The notes beneath the pieces were generated by a model. The model saw only the letters and a list, made by a program, of their open reading frames with translations, ran no database searches and was not told the origin of the DNA. The position numbers and the translations under genes were made by a program. A stretch of 63,872 nt of DNA, counting the filler, from Octopus bimaculoides (lineage: Eukaryota), in the NCBI RefSeq assembly GCF_001194135.2. It is 6 parts of 6 records of this genome, joined end to end, with 100 filler letters (N's around TTAATTAATTAA, not from the genome) between each part and the next. Parts side by side here need not be neighbours in the genome. Positions count along the whole stretch, not along the records: positions 62,194 to 63,872 come from NW_026327298.1; 5 more parts are not named here. One strand, given 5' to 3'. Positions 63,127 through 63,872 of this stretch are shown here, in pieces. Within the stretch, counting starts at the first letter, position 1. Each line of letters opens with the position of its first letter.

Positions 63127-63872
63127 GCTTGGGAACCAGCTTAACCGTAAGACATGTTCAATATGCTGCGCTCAATTAACCTTATTCACTTGATCTCATA
63201 CTTCTTTGTACATCCATATCATTCATTTACTGCTTTCACTTTATTCAGCAAAAATAAGAGTTATTTATCATGTTCCAAGTTACATTAGTGGCAGTATTCT
63301 AAGTCTACGAATTCCATTTATCAACTTAAACTTTCTTAGAAACATCTAAAATTCTGAAAACAATCCTAGTTCACTTGTTTACCTTCATCGTAAGATGAAT
63401 CCAAAACATTTAAATATTCTCCTCTCTCTGCTCTATGACGTATAAATTACTGAACAATATAACATTCTAATTCATCTCTTGGAAAACCCTTGCACTAACA
63501 GATATAAAACGTGATCACCGAAGTAAACTTTGGTAATAATATTAACTTAGTCTTTACAAGTAATTTTTAATCCTTCAACCCCTTCTTCTTGCCCCTTTTA
63601 TTTACATCTAACATAACAACATAATCCATTTCTGTAGATTACTAGACCACCCATTACCTTTATTAATTGTCAATCATTTAATATCTTACTAATTAATAAA
63701 AGCATCACTTTCCTATACATATAGCACTGCTTTAATATCAATCACCACACAGCTACCGTGTGTACATATGTACTAAGGGGTGTATGCAAATGCATGTATG
63801 CGCCCATGTGTATACATATATATATATATGTGTATGTATATATATGTATATGTGTGTATATAGATAGATGTG

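Overview
Eukaryotic, AT-rich, microsatellite-saturated draft genomic sequence with many N gaps. The SINE families and repeat style strongly suggest an octopus/coleoid cephalopod (inference). No intact protein-coding gene is recognisable. Almost all ORF-track entries are translations of microsatellites or gaps. The window is intron- or intergenic-like and packed with: at least four tRNA-derived SINE families; decayed non-LTR retrotransposons (RTE clade, R4/Dong-like elements with a restriction-like endonuclease (RLE), an ORF1 zinc knuckle); Penelope-like (GIY-YIG) remnants; three Tc1/mariner fossils; a probable solo LTR; and two unexplained minisatellites. One 32-nt candidate micro-exon has strong splice signals. 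The most interesting signals are non-coding. First, several minimal type I hammerhead-ribozyme motifs, including a ~190-bp hammerhead-bearing mini-element present as two almost identical inverted copies plus a diverged relative, each ending at (TA)n. Second, RLE retrotransposon 3' ends that repeatedly abut (CATA)n, while another RLE family sits beside (TAA)n, suggesting microsatellite-targeted retrotransposition.
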